Origin: Pseudolactococcus plantarum
Lineage (GTDB): Bacteria; Bacillota; Bacilli; Lactobacillales; Streptococcaceae
DNA: 50,644 nucleotides
NCBI GenBank assembly: GCA_030454995.1
Contig: JAKDQI010000001.1
Coordinates: 1-50,644 of the forward strand
Reading direction: 5' to 3'
Shown here piece after piece: positions 10,264-20,766 of this stretch. The notes below the pieces were generated by a model. The model saw only the letters and a program-made list of their open reading frames with translations, made no database searches and had not been told where the DNA came from. Made by a program: the position numbers and the translations under genes. Numbering within the stretch: position 1 is the first letter of the stretch; the number at the start of each line of letters is the position of its first letter.

Positions 10264-11140
10264 TTGTATCACCTCTCTTTGCAAGTAATTTTTCTAATAG
10301 TGTCTGATTTTTAGGAGATTTTTTATTATCTTCTAAATGTTTAATCAGAAAATCATGAAACTTACTTTTGCTCATATCTGAATAGAAATTACCATTTTCT
10401 GTAATCGAAATACCACCTGTTTCTTCAGAAACAATCAAAGTGATGGCATCAGAGACTTCCGATACCCCGATAGCAGCCCTATGACGCGTACCAAATTCTT
10501 TTGAAATCTTACCATCCTCGGTAAGGGGAAGATAAGCAGATGTCGCAGCAATTTTATCACCTTGAATAATCACTGCACCGTCATGTAGCGGCGTATTTGG
10601 AATAAAGATGTTAATTAACAGTTCAGCCGTAATATCCGCATCAAGTTTGATACCAGTAGAAACAAATTCTTCCAGTGTTTGCGACTGTTCAATGACAATC
10701 AAAGCACCTATCTTACGTTCACTCATGTAATTACATGCTTTTTCATAAGCTTTAATATAACTTGTTCTTTTTATATTTCGTTCTGCAATACCAAAATTAA
10801 GTGATTTTGTAGTCCGACCTAATGTTTCCAGTCCCCGACGAATTTCAGGTTGAAAAATAATCACTGCAGAAATGACCCCATAGGTGATGACTTGATTAAG
10901 CAACCACTCAAAAGTGCCTAACCCTAGCCATCCACTGACAAATTTAAGCATGATAAAAAGAATCACACCACGCACTAATGTCATCATTTTTGTCCCTTGC
11001 ACACTGCGCAAGGCTTTATAAATCAAGAAAGTAATTAAACAAATATCTACGATAGCGATGAATAATCGCCAAGGTGTCATATTTAATTGAATTATTTCCT
11101 GCCAATATTGTGTATTAAAAATTTGATTGAAATCATTCAT
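10253..11140 (-). CDS. cdaA: Diadenylate cyclase (c-di-AMP synthase)
   Basis: Three N-terminal TM segments, IIFQPEIRRGLE, NTPLHDGAV (DGA), GTRHRAA (RHR), VSEETG. Confidence 0.96.
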   Translation of the reverse strand: MNDFNQIFNTQYWQEIIQLNMTPWRLFIAIVDICLITFLIYKALRSVQGTKMMTLVRGVILFIMLKFVSGWLGLGTFEWLLNQVITYGVISAVIIFQPEIRRGLETLGRTTKSLNFGIAERNIKRTSYIKAYEKACNYMSERKIGALIVIEQSQTLEEFVSTGIKLDADITAELLINIFIPNTPLHDGAVIIQGDKIAATSAYLPLTEDGKISKEFGTRHRAAIGVSEVSDAITLIVSEETGGISITENGNFYSDMSKSKFHDFLIKHLEDNKKSPKNQTLLEKLLAKRGDTSEK

Positions 11141-11317
11141 ATTTTTATTTTACCATTTTTGACCTATTTTATCAGGACAAAATGATGCTTGACTTAAAAT
11201 GAGATGTCTCATTCTTTAATCTTGTAGCAATTCGACCATCAGATAGTTTAGCATTTGTTTCTAACATCTATAACAGATAAAAAGTATCAATCAAAAAGAT
11301 CAATACTTTTCACATGA

Positions 11318-14300
11318 TTATTTACTTGCCCGTCTTGCTGCTCGCTCAGCACGTCTTGCTGCCCGTCTTGCTTGGGCTTCTGGATCTTCAACACGTTTAG
11401 GACGTTCTGTTTTTACTACTGCTGTTGCTGCAACATCCTCGCCCTTAGCCTTGGCTTCTTTTGCCAAAAATTTGTCTAAGTCACCAGAGACTCTTGCGTA
11501 ACGTATAAATTTACGACGTGCATCCGCTGTTGTTTTATCAAATAATGCTTGTGCAGCATCAGGTTTAACACGTTTCAAACTAGCAAATCTGACTTGTTGT
11601 GTCATAAACTCTGTCATTTTATCAAAATCTGGTTTTTTGAAATCTAATATCAATGGATTTTTGCCCAACTCTTCCAAGTTTGGATTATACCGGTAGAGTT
11701 GCCAGTATCCACACGCAACTGCTTCTTTGGCCTCACGAAGTGTTTCTGACATGCCACCTTTTAACCCATGAGAGATACAAGGTGTATAAGCGATAATGAT
11801 TGATGGCCCTTCATGACGTTCAGCTTCCTCAAATGCTTTTATAGTCTGCATTTTGTTTGCACCAGAAGCAATCTGGGCGACATACACATTACCATAAGTC
11901 ATAGCCATGAATCCTAGATCTTTCTTAGCAGCTGCTTTTCCTGCTGCTGAGAATTTCTCAATCGCTGATCGAGGTGTCCCTTTGGATACTTGACCACCAG
12001 TATTAGCATAAACTTCATTGTCCATGACCAACATATTCACATCAGCACCACTTGCAATGACATGATCGATACCGCCAAATCCGATATCATAAGCCCAACC
12101 GTCTCCACCAATCATCCAATGTGTCGGTTTAACCAATTGATCTTGTCTTGTACGAATGCTATCAAATTCAGGCCCCAACTCTTGTAAGGCACTTTTAAGC
12201 TTTTCAGCACGTTGTCTTGTCCCATCAGAGACATCTTTATGTGCGATCCAATCTTCAATCAACGCTTTTATCTCATCAGATACAGTACCTTCGGTGATTA
12301 GATGAGCTAAATCCTTTGCCAGTTTGCTGCGACGTGCTTGTGAGGCTGTCCACATCCCATAACCAAACTCAGCATTATCTTCTAAAAGTGAGTTTGACCA
12401 AGCTGGTCCTTGCCCTGCATCATTTGTCGTGTAGGGACTAACAGGTGCTGCACCTCCCCAAATAGAAGAACACCCTGTCGCATTCGCAATCATCATCCGA
12501 TCACCAAACATTTGTGTCAGTAACTTAACATAAGGTGTTTCACCACAACCAGCACAGGCACCTGAAAATTCAAGGAGTGGTGTGTTAAATTGAGACCCAA
12601 TGACAGAGGTTGCTTTGGCAGGATTTGCCTTAGTCTTCAATGTCATAGAGAAAGCCCAATTTGCTGCTTCAGCTCTCACTTCTTCATAAGGTTTCATCTC
12701 TAGCGCCTTACCTTTTGCAGGACAGGCTTCAACACACAACCCACATCCTGTACAGTCTTCAACAGAGACTTGGATGCGATACATGAGCCCATCGGCACCT
12801 CTAAAATCTTTGACAAGATAGCCTTCTGGCGCCTCATTCATCTCATCTTCATCTAATAAGAATGGTCGTATCGCTGCATGAGGACATACAAAACTACACT
12901 CATTACACATAGTACATTTATCAACATCCCAAACTGGGACTTCAAGCGCGACACCTCTTTTTTCATACGCTGTTGTGCCTAACGGCATCCGACCATCAGC
13001 CATGTCATTTTCCATCAGTTTACCGACAGATAATTGATCGCCTTCTTGTGCATTCACATGATTAACGATCTCAAATACATATTTATGTGTTGCATTGCCT
13101 GCTACTTGAACAGCTTGAGGATCTTTAGCATTGACCCACTCTTTAGGCACCACTACCTTATGAAGGCCATCAACTGCTAAGTCCATCGCTTGCCAGTTCT
13201 GTTCGACAATTTTCATTGACTTACGTGCATAACTATCATGTGCATCTTGTTTGAGGACATCAAATACTTGCTCAAATGGCATAATATTTGATAGCTTAAA
13301 GAAGGCCACCTGCATAGCAGTATTAATTCGACGACCCAGCCCTGCTTTATTTGCGATATCTACTGCATTCATCGTATAAAAGGCAATATCATTTTCAGCA
13401 ATAAATCGTTTGACACGACTCGGTAGATGATGCGCTAACTGCTCGTCAGTCCATACTGTATTCATTAGGAATGTCCCACCTTTTTTAAGTCCTTTTAAAA
13501 CATCATACTGGTGCACATAACTCGCCGTAGACAAGCTAATAAAATCAGCTTTTTGAATCATATAAGTAGATCTAATCGGTGTATCACCAAAGCGTAAGTG
13601 GCTGACAGTCAAACCGCCTGATTTTTTAGAGTCATAAGCAAACGCACCTTGTACGTATTTTTGCGTATGATCGCCAATAATCTTAATCGCTGATTTATTC
13701 GCACCAACTGTCCCATCAGACCCAAATCCCCAAAATTTCGCTTGAAAAGTTGATTGAGGCGTTAAATCAAGTGGCAACCCTGCATCTAATGATAGATGTG
13801 TCACATCATCTGTGATGCCAATGGTAAACTGATGTTTTGGTGTTGGCTTTAACAATTCATCAAAAACTGCCACAATCTGATTTGGCGTTGTATCTTTAGC
13901 ACCAATACCATAACGTCCACCGATTACTGTTAACTCAGATGCTTGATTAAACAGTACCGACTTAACATCTAGATAAAGTGGTTCCCCATCAGCACCAGGT
14001 TCTTTAGTCCGATCTAACACAGCAATTTTACGTGCTGTTTTTGGTAGTTTTTCAAGAAAGTTCTGACTAGGAAAAGGCCGATACAAATGAATATTTAGAA
14101 AACCGACTTTGCGGCCTTGCGCATTTAAATGGTCAACAGTTTGAATAATCGTCTCCCCAACTGAGCCAATAGAGACAATCACTTCAGTTGCATCTGCTGC
14201 ACCATAATAGTTGACGAGATCATAATCTGTACCACGTAGCTGATTAATTTTCCCCATGTACTGTTGCACGATTTCTGGGACTTTAGCGTAATATTGGTTG

Positions 14301-14986
14301 GTTGTTTCACGTTGTTGAAAATGAATATCTGCATTTTGGTTCGTCCCTGAAATCGTTGGGTGATCAGGATTCATCGCTCTGTCACGAAATTCCTGAAGTT
14401 TGTCTTGATCGATCATATCAGCTAGATCATCATAACCTAAAACCTCTATCTTTTGAAGCTCATGAGATGTTCTAAACCCATCAAAAAAGTTCATAAAGGG
14501 AACTGACGATGCAATCGTAGCAAGATGCGCTACAGCAGATAAATCCATTACTTCTTGTACAGATGACTCCGCTAACATAACATAGCCAGTTGCTCTAGCA
14601 CTCATGACGTCTGATTGGTCACCAAAAATATTTAGCGCATTAGTTGATACTGCACGTGCTGCAACATGAATGACGCTTGGTAATAATTCTCCTGCGATTT
14701 TATACATGTTTGGCAACATCAATAAAAGGCCTTGAGAAGCCGTGTAAGTCGTAGCTAAAGCACCTGCCTTGAGTGCACCGTGAATAGCACCTGCAGCACC
14801 TGCTTCAGATTGCATTTCAGAAATCGAAACGGTATCTCCCCAGATGTTTTTTCGCCCACTTGCCTGCCACTCGTCCGTATATTCAGCCATAGGGCTTGAT
14901 GGTGTGATAGGATAAATAGATGCAACTTCCGTGAACGCATAAGCGACGTGTGCTGCTGCCATATTCCCATCCATTGTTTTACGCAT
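11318..14986 (-). CDS. nifJ: Pyruvate:ferredoxin/flavodoxin oxidoreductase
   Basis: YPITPSS, EMQSEAGAAG, two CxxCxxCxxxC ferredoxin motifs (CTMCNECSFVCP, CTGCGLCVEACP), GACAGCGE, GGDGWAYDIG (TPP binding). Confidence 0.96.
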   Translation of the reverse strand: MRKTMDGNMAAAHVAYAFTEVASIYPITPSSPMAEYTDEWQASGRKNIWGDTVSISEMQSEAGAAGAIHGALKAGALATTYTASQGLLLMLPNMYKIAGELLPSVIHVAARAVSTNALNIFGDQSDVMSARATGYVMLAESSVQEVMDLSAVAHLATIASSVPFMNFFDGFRTSHELQKIEVLGYDDLADMIDQDKLQEFRDRAMNPDHPTISGTNQNADIHFQQRETTNQYYAKVPEIVQQYMGKINQLRGTDYDLVNYYGAADATEVIVSIGSVGETIIQTVDHLNAQGRKVGFLNIHLYRPFPSQNFLEKLPKTARKIAVLDRTKEPGADGEPLYLDVKSVLFNQASELTVIGGRYGIGAKDTTPNQIVAVFDELLKPTPKHQFTIGITDDVTHLSLDAGLPLDLTPQSTFQAKFWGFGSDGTVGANKSAIKIIGDHTQKYVQGAFAYDSKKSGGLTVSHLRFGDTPIRSTYMIQKADFISLSTASYVHQYDVLKGLKKGGTFLMNTVWTDEQLAHHLPSRVKRFIAENDIAFYTMNAVDIANKAGLGRRINTAMQVAFFKLSNIMPFEQVFDVLKQDAHDSYARKSMKIVEQNWQAMDLAVDGLHKVVVPKEWVNAKDPQAVQVAGNATHKYVFEIVNHVNAQEGDQLSVGKLMENDMADGRMPLGTTAYEKRGVALEVPVWDVDKCTMCNECSFVCPHAAIRPFLLDEDEMNEAPEGYLVKDFRGADGLMYRIQVSVEDCTGCGLCVEACPAKGKALEMKPYEEVRAEAANWAFSMTLKTKANPAKATSVIGSQFNTPLLEFSGACAGCGETPYVKLLTQMFGDRMMIANATGCSSIWGGAAPVSPYTTNDAGQGPAWSNSLLEDNAEFGYGMWTASQARRSKLAKDLAHLITEGTVSDEIKALIEDWIAHKDVSDGTRQRAEKLKSALQELGPEFDSIRTRQDQLVKPTHWMIGGDGWAYDIGFGGIDHVIASGADVNMLVMDNEVYANTGGQVSKGTPRSAIEKFSAAGKAAAKKDLGFMAMTYGNVYVAQIASGANKMQTIKAFEEAERHEGPSIIIAYTPCISHGLKGGMSETLREAKEAVACGYWQLYRYNPNLEELGKNPLILDFKKPDFDKMTEFMTQQVRFASLKRVKPDAAQALFDKTTADARRKFIRYARVSGDLDKFLAKEAKAKGEDVAATAVVKTERPKRVEDPEAQARRAARRAERAARRASK

Positions 14987-15327
14987 GTTTACCTCTTTCT
15001 TTAACTCTTTTTTTTAATACATCATAGAGGTTCAAGCCTCAATTTTTGATTGCTAACACTTATCATATATGCTGAAAATGACTAAATCATCTTCATGGCT
15101 AAGACAAGCTTTTCACACAACCATACTATCTTGATAAAATAATATAGCTTCATTTTACCACTTTTAAGCACTTTTTAGAGAAAAAATCAACAATTTTATC
15201 TCGGAAATTTTAGTTATACCCTAAATTTGACTAAAATAAGCCAAAAATGAGTCAATCATTATAGACATATGATGTCAAAACGTCATGTCTTCTACTCAAC
15301 CAATTCACTCACTAAAAAAAGGATACA

Positions 15328-15367
15328 AGAAAAAGTCAGAAAGGTATAATCCTTTCTGACTTTTTCT
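15328..15367 (-). terminator. Intrinsic terminator after uvrA
   Basis: Perfect 17-bp inverted repeat AGAAAAAGTCAGAAAGG / CCTTTCTGACTTTTTCT with a 6-nt loop. Confidence 0.8.
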
Positions 15368-15391
15368 AAGCTTAACTATTAGCTTATTGAC

Positions 15392-18217
15392 TTATGTCAA
15401 TTTTTCTTTCAAATATTTACCCGTATAAGAAGTTGATACTGCTGCAACCTCCTCAGGCGTACCAGTGGCTAAGATCGTACCACCTCCAATACCACCCTCG
15501 GGACCTAGGTCAATGATATGATCAGCTGTCTTAATGACATCTAGATTATGCTCTATCACGACTATCGTATTCCCTTGATCAACTAAACGGTTTAGCACCC
15601 CTAATAAAGTAGCGATATCCTCTGTATGTAAGCCAGTCGTTGGCTCATCCAAGATATAAAATGATTTACCAGTAGAGCGTTTTTGTAATTCACTGGCTAA
15701 CTTCATCCGCTGTGCTTCTCCACCTGAGAGTGTGGTTGCAGGTTGACCTAATGTCACATATCCTAGCCCAACATCAACGATTGTTTGTAGTTTTCGCTCA
15801 ATCTTAGGGATATGTTTGAAGAAGGAAACCGCATCTGACACGCGCATCTCTAACACTTCAGAGATATTTTTCTCCTTATAGTGAACTTCCAAAGTCTCCG
15901 AATTATAGCGTCTACCACGACAGATGTCACATGGCACATAAACATCTGGTAAAAAGTGCATCTCAATTTTGATGATACCATCACCAGAACAGGCTTCGCA
16001 CCGACCACCTTTTACATTAAACGAGAATCTACCTTTTTTATAGCCACGAATTTTCGCCTCATTAGTGTTAGCAAATAAATCACGAATATCATCAAATACT
16101 GATGTATAAGTTGCTGGATTTGATCTAGGTGTTCGACCAATAGGGCTTTGATCAATATCAATCAATCGTTCAATCTTATCATAACCAGAAATCGTCTTAT
16201 ATTTACCAGGTTTATCACTATTACGATTCAGTTTTTGAGCGAGTGCTTTTTTCAAAATTGCATTAACTAAGGTTGATTTACCAGAACCAGACACACCTGT
16301 GACAGCTGTCATGACACCCAAAGGAAAGGCAACAGTCAAGTCTTGGAGATTATTTTCGGATGCGCCTGTTATCGTCACAGCTTTTGAATCATCTATAGCT
16401 CTACGATGACTTGGCACCTCGATTTTCTTCTTACCAGACAGATATTGTCCTGTAATGGATTTTTTATTTTTTGCGACTTGTTTTGGTGTACCGGCTGCAA
16501 TAATTTCACCACCCAGATCCCCTGCACCAGGACCTATATCAATCAAATAATCCGCCGCCATCATCGTGTCTTCATCATGTTCGACAACAATTAAGGTATT
16601 GCCTAAATCACGCATTTTTTTCAAAGACTCGATTAACCGATCGTTATCTCTCTGATGTAACCCGATAGACGGTTCATCCAGAATATAGAGCACACCTGAT
16701 AAGTTGGATCCTATCTGTGTAGCCAAACGTATACGCTGACTTTCACCACCTGAGAGCGTCCCAGAATTACGTGATAAGCTCAAATAATCTAGGCCTACAT
16801 TTTTTAAGAAACTCAAGCGATCACCAACCTCTTTGATGATAGGGCGTGCAATCACTTCTTCATTTTCTGTCAAACTAAGTTTTTGGATAATTGCTAGATG
16901 ATCACCGATAGGTAATGCTGATAATTCAGCAATATCATAGCCAGTTTCACCATTCATTTTTACTGATAATGCTTGTTCGTTCAAACGTTTACCATGACAA
17001 GTTTGACAAGGTAGTTCATTCATATACGCTCGCATTTGCGTTTTTGTACTATCAGATCCTGTCTCATATCTGCGGAAGATATTAGGGATTACCCCAACAA
17101 ATGCCATATCTACATCTCTTAACCCAAAATCACCTTCATGATGAAAATGAAAAAGTCGTTCTCCGGAACCAAAAAAGATTAACGTTTTCTCTGCTTCAGT
17201 TAAGTTATCAAAAGGTGTATCTAAATCAACACCAAATGTCGTCATTGCCTGCTCTAAAATAGCAGGATAATAAGTAGACGTTCCAGAATACCAAGGGACT
17301 ACTGCCCCTTCACGAATCGTTTTACGACCATCAGGTACCACTAAATCTAAGTCTACTTCAAGACGCATCCCAAGACCATCACAGTCTGCACAAGCACCTT
17401 GTGGTGCATTAAATGAAAATAAACGCGGTTCAAGCTCAGGCACTGAAAACCCACAAATCGGACAAGCATAATACTCACTAAAAAGTAATTCATGATCATC
17501 CATTGTATCGATCTTAACATAGCCATCACCTTGACGTAAGGCAGCTTCGACGGAGTCAAACAAACGTCCTCGAATCCCATCCTTAAGCACGATTCGGTCA
17601 ATTACTACATCGATATCATGCTTCTTATTTTTTTCCAGTTCTGGTACTTCGGCTACATCTAACACCTCACCATCTACGCGAACACGAACATAACCATCCT
17701 TTTGAATTTTTTCGATGATTTTTTTATGCTGTCCTTTTTTAGCACGAACTACGGGTGCTAATATCTGCAGACGTTGTTTTTCAGGTAACGTGAATACACT
17801 ATCTACGATTTCCTCTACAGATTGTGCTGTGATTTTTCCGTGTCCATTAATACAATACGGTATACCGACTCTAGCATAAAGAAGTCGTAAATAATCATGA
17901 ATCTCCGTTACTGTCCCCACTGTTGAGCGTGGATTTTTAGAGGTCGTCTTTTGATCAATTGAGATGGCAGGAGACAAACCGTCAATGCTATCCACATCCG
18001 GCTTATCCATATTCCCTAAAAACTGTCTAGCATAAGCAGATAAACTCTCAACATACCGTCTTTGACCTTCTGCATAGAGTGTATCAAATGCTAAAGAAGA
18101 CTTACCTGAACCTGACAGACCAGTCATGACAACTAATTTATCTCTAGGAATGGTCACATCTATATTTTTTAAATTATGGGCACGAGCACCCTTAATGACA
18201 ATGTTTTCTTGTACCAC
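15392..18217 (-). CDS. uvrA: Excinuclease ABC subunit A
   Basis: GARAHNLKN, GLSGSGKSS and GVSGSGKST Walker A motifs, two LSGGE signatures, CxxC zinc fingers. GTG start with SD GAGGG. Confidence 0.98.
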   Translation of the reverse strand: MVQENIVIKGARAHNLKNIDVTIPRDKLVVMTGLSGSGKSSLAFDTLYAEGQRRYVESLSAYARQFLGNMDKPDVDSIDGLSPAISIDQKTTSKNPRSTVGTVTEIHDYLRLLYARVGIPYCINGHGKITAQSVEEIVDSVFTLPEKQRLQILAPVVRAKKGQHKKIIEKIQKDGYVRVRVDGEVLDVAEVPELEKNKKHDIDVVIDRIVLKDGIRGRLFDSVEAALRQGDGYVKIDTMDDHELLFSEYYACPICGFSVPELEPRLFSFNAPQGACADCDGLGMRLEVDLDLVVPDGRKTIREGAVVPWYSGTSTYYPAILEQAMTTFGVDLDTPFDNLTEAEKTLIFFGSGERLFHFHHEGDFGLRDVDMAFVGVIPNIFRRYETGSDSTKTQMRAYMNELPCQTCHGKRLNEQALSVKMNGETGYDIAELSALPIGDHLAIIQKLSLTENEEVIARPIIKEVGDRLSFLKNVGLDYLSLSRNSGTLSGGESQRIRLATQIGSNLSGVLYILDEPSIGLHQRDNDRLIESLKKMRDLGNTLIVVEHDEDTMMAADYLIDIGPGAGDLGGEIIAAGTPKQVAKNKKSITGQYLSGKKKIEVPSHRRAIDDSKAVTITGASENNLQDLTVAFPLGVMTAVTGVSGSGKSTLVNAILKKALAQKLNRNSDKPGKYKTISGYDKIERLIDIDQSPIGRTPRSNPATYTSVFDDIRDLFANTNEAKIRGYKKGRFSFNVKGGRCEACSGDGIIKIEMHFLPDVYVPCDICRGRRYNSETLEVHYKEKNISEVLEMRVSDAVSFFKHIPKIERKLQTIVDVGLGYVTLGQPATTLSGGEAQRMKLASELQKRSTGKSFYILDEPTTGLHTEDIATLLGVLNRLVDQGNTIVVIEHNLDVIKTADHIIDLGPEGGIGGGTILATGTPEEVAAVSTSYTGKYLKEKLT

Positions 18218-18340
18218 TATTCCCTCTTCTCAATTTCTTTTAGTTAAGTAAACAACCTGTTAAAACTTTATTTCATTATACCATTTATCAGCTTAATTAT
18301 GGCTGATTTGACTTCTCGACGCATGTATCACTCTAGCATA

Positions 18341-19750
18341 TCAAGTTAACATATCGGTTAATACACTAACCAATTTATCAATTTCAAATAAGCTTAATCG
18401 TGCAATATTAAGTCTAATCGCAGGACGTTTTTCACCAAAAATAAAACTAGGTAAACTTAAAATACCAGAATCAAGTAAGTGTGTGATTTGAAAGGTAAAA
18501 TTTTGTTTAGGATTAAGGTTTACCCATACGTAAAACCCACCAGTTGGATAGCATGCTAGCTGCTTCTGATCTATTTTGTTCAAAAAATACACCATTCGTT
18601 CTTTAATTTCTGCACGCAGTCCTGTCAGTTTCTCTGGAAAATAGGGATCAGATATCGCATCTTTTGCAAGCACCTGAGGAAAAATACTCAAAGTTAAATC
18701 TAAATCTTGACGAGCAGCAGCTAATCTCTCAAGCACAGCATGAGGGGCATTAATCCAGCCAATTTTAGTTGTCGATCCTAAAAACTTTGACAAGGAGCCA
18801 ATATAGATAACATTTTGTGGATCAAGTTGTTTGAGTGGTGGTTCCATGTTCTCATGCTCAAAAGAGAGTAGCCCAAATGCATCATCCTCAATAATCGGAA
18901 TGTTGTATATCCGACATAACTTGATGATTGCATGACGCCGCCTCAAAGACATTGTGATACCAGTTGGATTTTGAAAAGAAGGATTTAGCATGACAAACTT
19001 GATCCGATGTTTCAAAATTTCATCTTCTAACGCATCAACACGCATCCCTTCACTATCCATCGGCACACCAAACAATCTGATACCTGCCGTCTGAAATAAA
19101 GATAGGGCGTAGAAAAAAGAAGGTTGACTAATGGCGATAGCATCTCCACTATTTAATAAGGTTTGTACAATCAAAAAAATAGCTTGATGACCGCCAGAGG
19201 TGATCATCATCTGCTCAACTGACAAAGATAGTTGATAATCTTTATGAATCATATCAGAAATGGCTTGTCGTAACGGAAAATAACCAAACTCATCTTGATT
19301 TTTATCTTCTTCTATAAAATCACGCCAATTCGTTTTTGGCAAGTCAAATGCAGGGACTAAATCCATCGGTAATTCGCCTGAATAAGCATCAATTACTGTG
19401 TTTTCTCTTAACTTTTGTTGGATTTGACTCATAAATTTTTGTTGGGGGTCGGGTTGATGCGACTGAATTAACTGATGCCAACTGACAACGGGATCAGCTA
19501 ACATCCCCCATTTGTCATCACTAATGATCGTACCACTGCCTTGTTTTCTATTCACCACTCCCTTAGCTTCAAGTTCTGTCATCACACGGACAATGGTGGA
19601 TCGGTTGACCCCTATCAACTCAGCAAGTTTTCTTTCTGACGGCAGTTTTTCTCCAGGTAGTAGCTGACCAGTCTGAATTTGTTGCATGATATATCTCATA
19701 ATACTCAAATAAATCGGGACTTTATTCTCCTTGACAATTTTCCAGTCCAT
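18341..19750 (-). CDS. MocR/GabR-subfamily GntR regulator with PLP-dependent aminotransferase domain (PdxR-like)
   Basis: wHTH KLPSERKLAELIGVNRSTI; FQNPTG, IIEDD, GSLSK (PLP Lys); divergent from pdxK. Start moved to ATG 19750, which has SD AAAGGAAG. Confidence 0.85.
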   Translation of the reverse strand: MDWKIVKENKVPIYLSIMRYIMQQIQTGQLLPGEKLPSERKLAELIGVNRSTIVRVMTELEAKGVVNRKQGSGTIISDDKWGMLADPVVSWHQLIQSHQPDPQQKFMSQIQQKLRENTVIDAYSGELPMDLVPAFDLPKTNWRDFIEEDKNQDEFGYFPLRQAISDMIHKDYQLSLSVEQMMITSGGHQAIFLIVQTLLNSGDAIAISQPSFFYALSLFQTAGIRLFGVPMDSEGMRVDALEDEILKHRIKFVMLNPSFQNPTGITMSLRRRHAIIKLCRIYNIPIIEDDAFGLLSFEHENMEPPLKQLDPQNVIYIGSLSKFLGSTTKIGWINAPHAVLERLAAARQDLDLTLSIFPQVLAKDAISDPYFPEKLTGLRAEIKERMVYFLNKIDQKQLACYPTGGFYVWVNLNPKQNFTFQITHLLDSGILSLPSFIFGEKRPAIRLNIARLSLFEIDKLVSVLTDMLT

Positions 19751-19769
19751 AGTCAAGCTTCCTTTTCTA

Positions 19770-19803
19770 AATTGGATGGTAAAAATACAATCCAATTGGG
19801 TGT
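19770..19803. promoter_or_regulatory. Putative MocR-type operator
   Basis: Inverted repeat AATTGGAT (19770-19777) / ATCCAATT (19790-19797), plus a direct-repeat copy TTGGGTG at 19796. Confidence 0.5.
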
Positions 19804-19933
19804 TTTATTTACTATACCAAATGCTAGAATAGATTACAAGCCTAATACAACTAGACATAAAACATCGGCAACTGGTCAATCCATTTAGGGATACCAGTTG
19901 GAATACACCCATTTAGAAAGGGATTAAGCTAAC

Positions 19934-20749
19934 ATGAAAAAAACACTAACAATCGCTGGAAGTGATACAACAGGCGGTGCTGGATTGCAAGCTGATTTAA
20001 AAACATTTCAAGAATACGGTACGTTTGGTATGACTGCTATCACTTCCATCGTTACGATGGATATTAACAATAATTGGTCGCACGATATCGATACAATCGA
20101 ACCTGACTTGGTTAAAAAGCAACTCAACACGATCTTTTCAGCAGGTAATCCTAGTGCACTTAAAACAGGAATGCTAGGAGATATCAGGACAATCACGGTT
20201 GTAAAAGAAGCTTTAACACAACATCAGCCAAAAAATATCGTGATTGATCCCGTACTTGCTTGTAAAGGAACTGCTGGTATCCTACTTTCGGAAAATGCCG
20301 AAACCATCCAATCACAACTCTTACCTCTAGCAGATATCACAACACCTAATCTGATAGAAGCGGGTATTCTATCTGGACTGGGTGAGTTAAAAACAATGAG
20401 CGATATCGAAAAAGCTGCCATCATCATACATGGGTTCGGTGCCAAACATGTGGTCATTAAAGGTGGTAGACGATTTGATGATCAAGAAGCGATAGATGTT
20501 TTTTATGATGGACAGACCTTCCAATATCTCAAAAGTCCAATCATCCATACCAATAACAACCACGGTGCTGGCTGCACATTCGCTGCCGCTATCACAGCGG
20601 GTCTTGCCAATGGCTTAGATACATTTGCAGCGGTACAAACTGCAAAAACATTCGTTCACCAAGCCATTCAATCTGGAGAAACTTTCAATGCTTATCTTGG
20701 TCACATCTGGCATGGTGCTTATCGCGATAATGGTAATCACTTAATCTAA
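19934..20749 (+). CDS. pdxK: Pyridoxal/pyridoxine kinase of the ThiD-like (HMP kinase) family
   Basis: IAGSDTTGGAGLQADLK, DPVLACKG (Cys typical of Firmicute PdxK), TPNLIEA, HGAGCT; sits between a MocR regulator and an ECF S gene. Confidence 0.85.
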   Translation: MKKTLTIAGSDTTGGAGLQADLKTFQEYGTFGMTAITSIVTMDINNNWSHDIDTIEPDLVKKQLNTIFSAGNPSALKTGMLGDIRTITVVKEALTQHQPKNIVIDPVLACKGTAGILLSENAETIQSQLLPLADITTPNLIEAGILSGLGELKTMSDIEKAAIIIHGFGAKHVVIKGGRRFDDQEAIDVFYDGQTFQYLKSPIIHTNNNHGAGCTFAAAITAGLANGLDTFAAVQTAKTFVHQAIQSGETFNAYLGHIWHGAYRDNGNHLI

Positions 20750-20766
20750 AGAAGGAAGTAAACGAT

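Noticed and set aside
7853-11140. cdaA-cdaR-glmM cluster as a novel signalling system
   Set aside because: This is the well-characterised, conserved Firmicute c-di-AMP operon.
15100-15215. Possible Rex, FNR/Flp, cre or CodY sites upstream of nifJ (TGTGAAAAGCTTGTCT, TTGATAAAATAATA, TTATCTCGGAAATTT)
   Set aside because: Only half-sites or several mismatches in AT-rich DNA; not supportable by eye.
15345-15350. Perfect TATAAT hexamer
   Set aside because: It is the loop of the uvrA terminator hairpin, has no canonical -35 and would point antisense into uvrA. Treated as coincidence.
18218-18340. SOS (LexA/Cheo) box upstream of uvrA
   Set aside because: No GAAC-N4-GTTC is present; only an extended -10 (TGGTATAAT, 18275-18283 minus strand) is visible.
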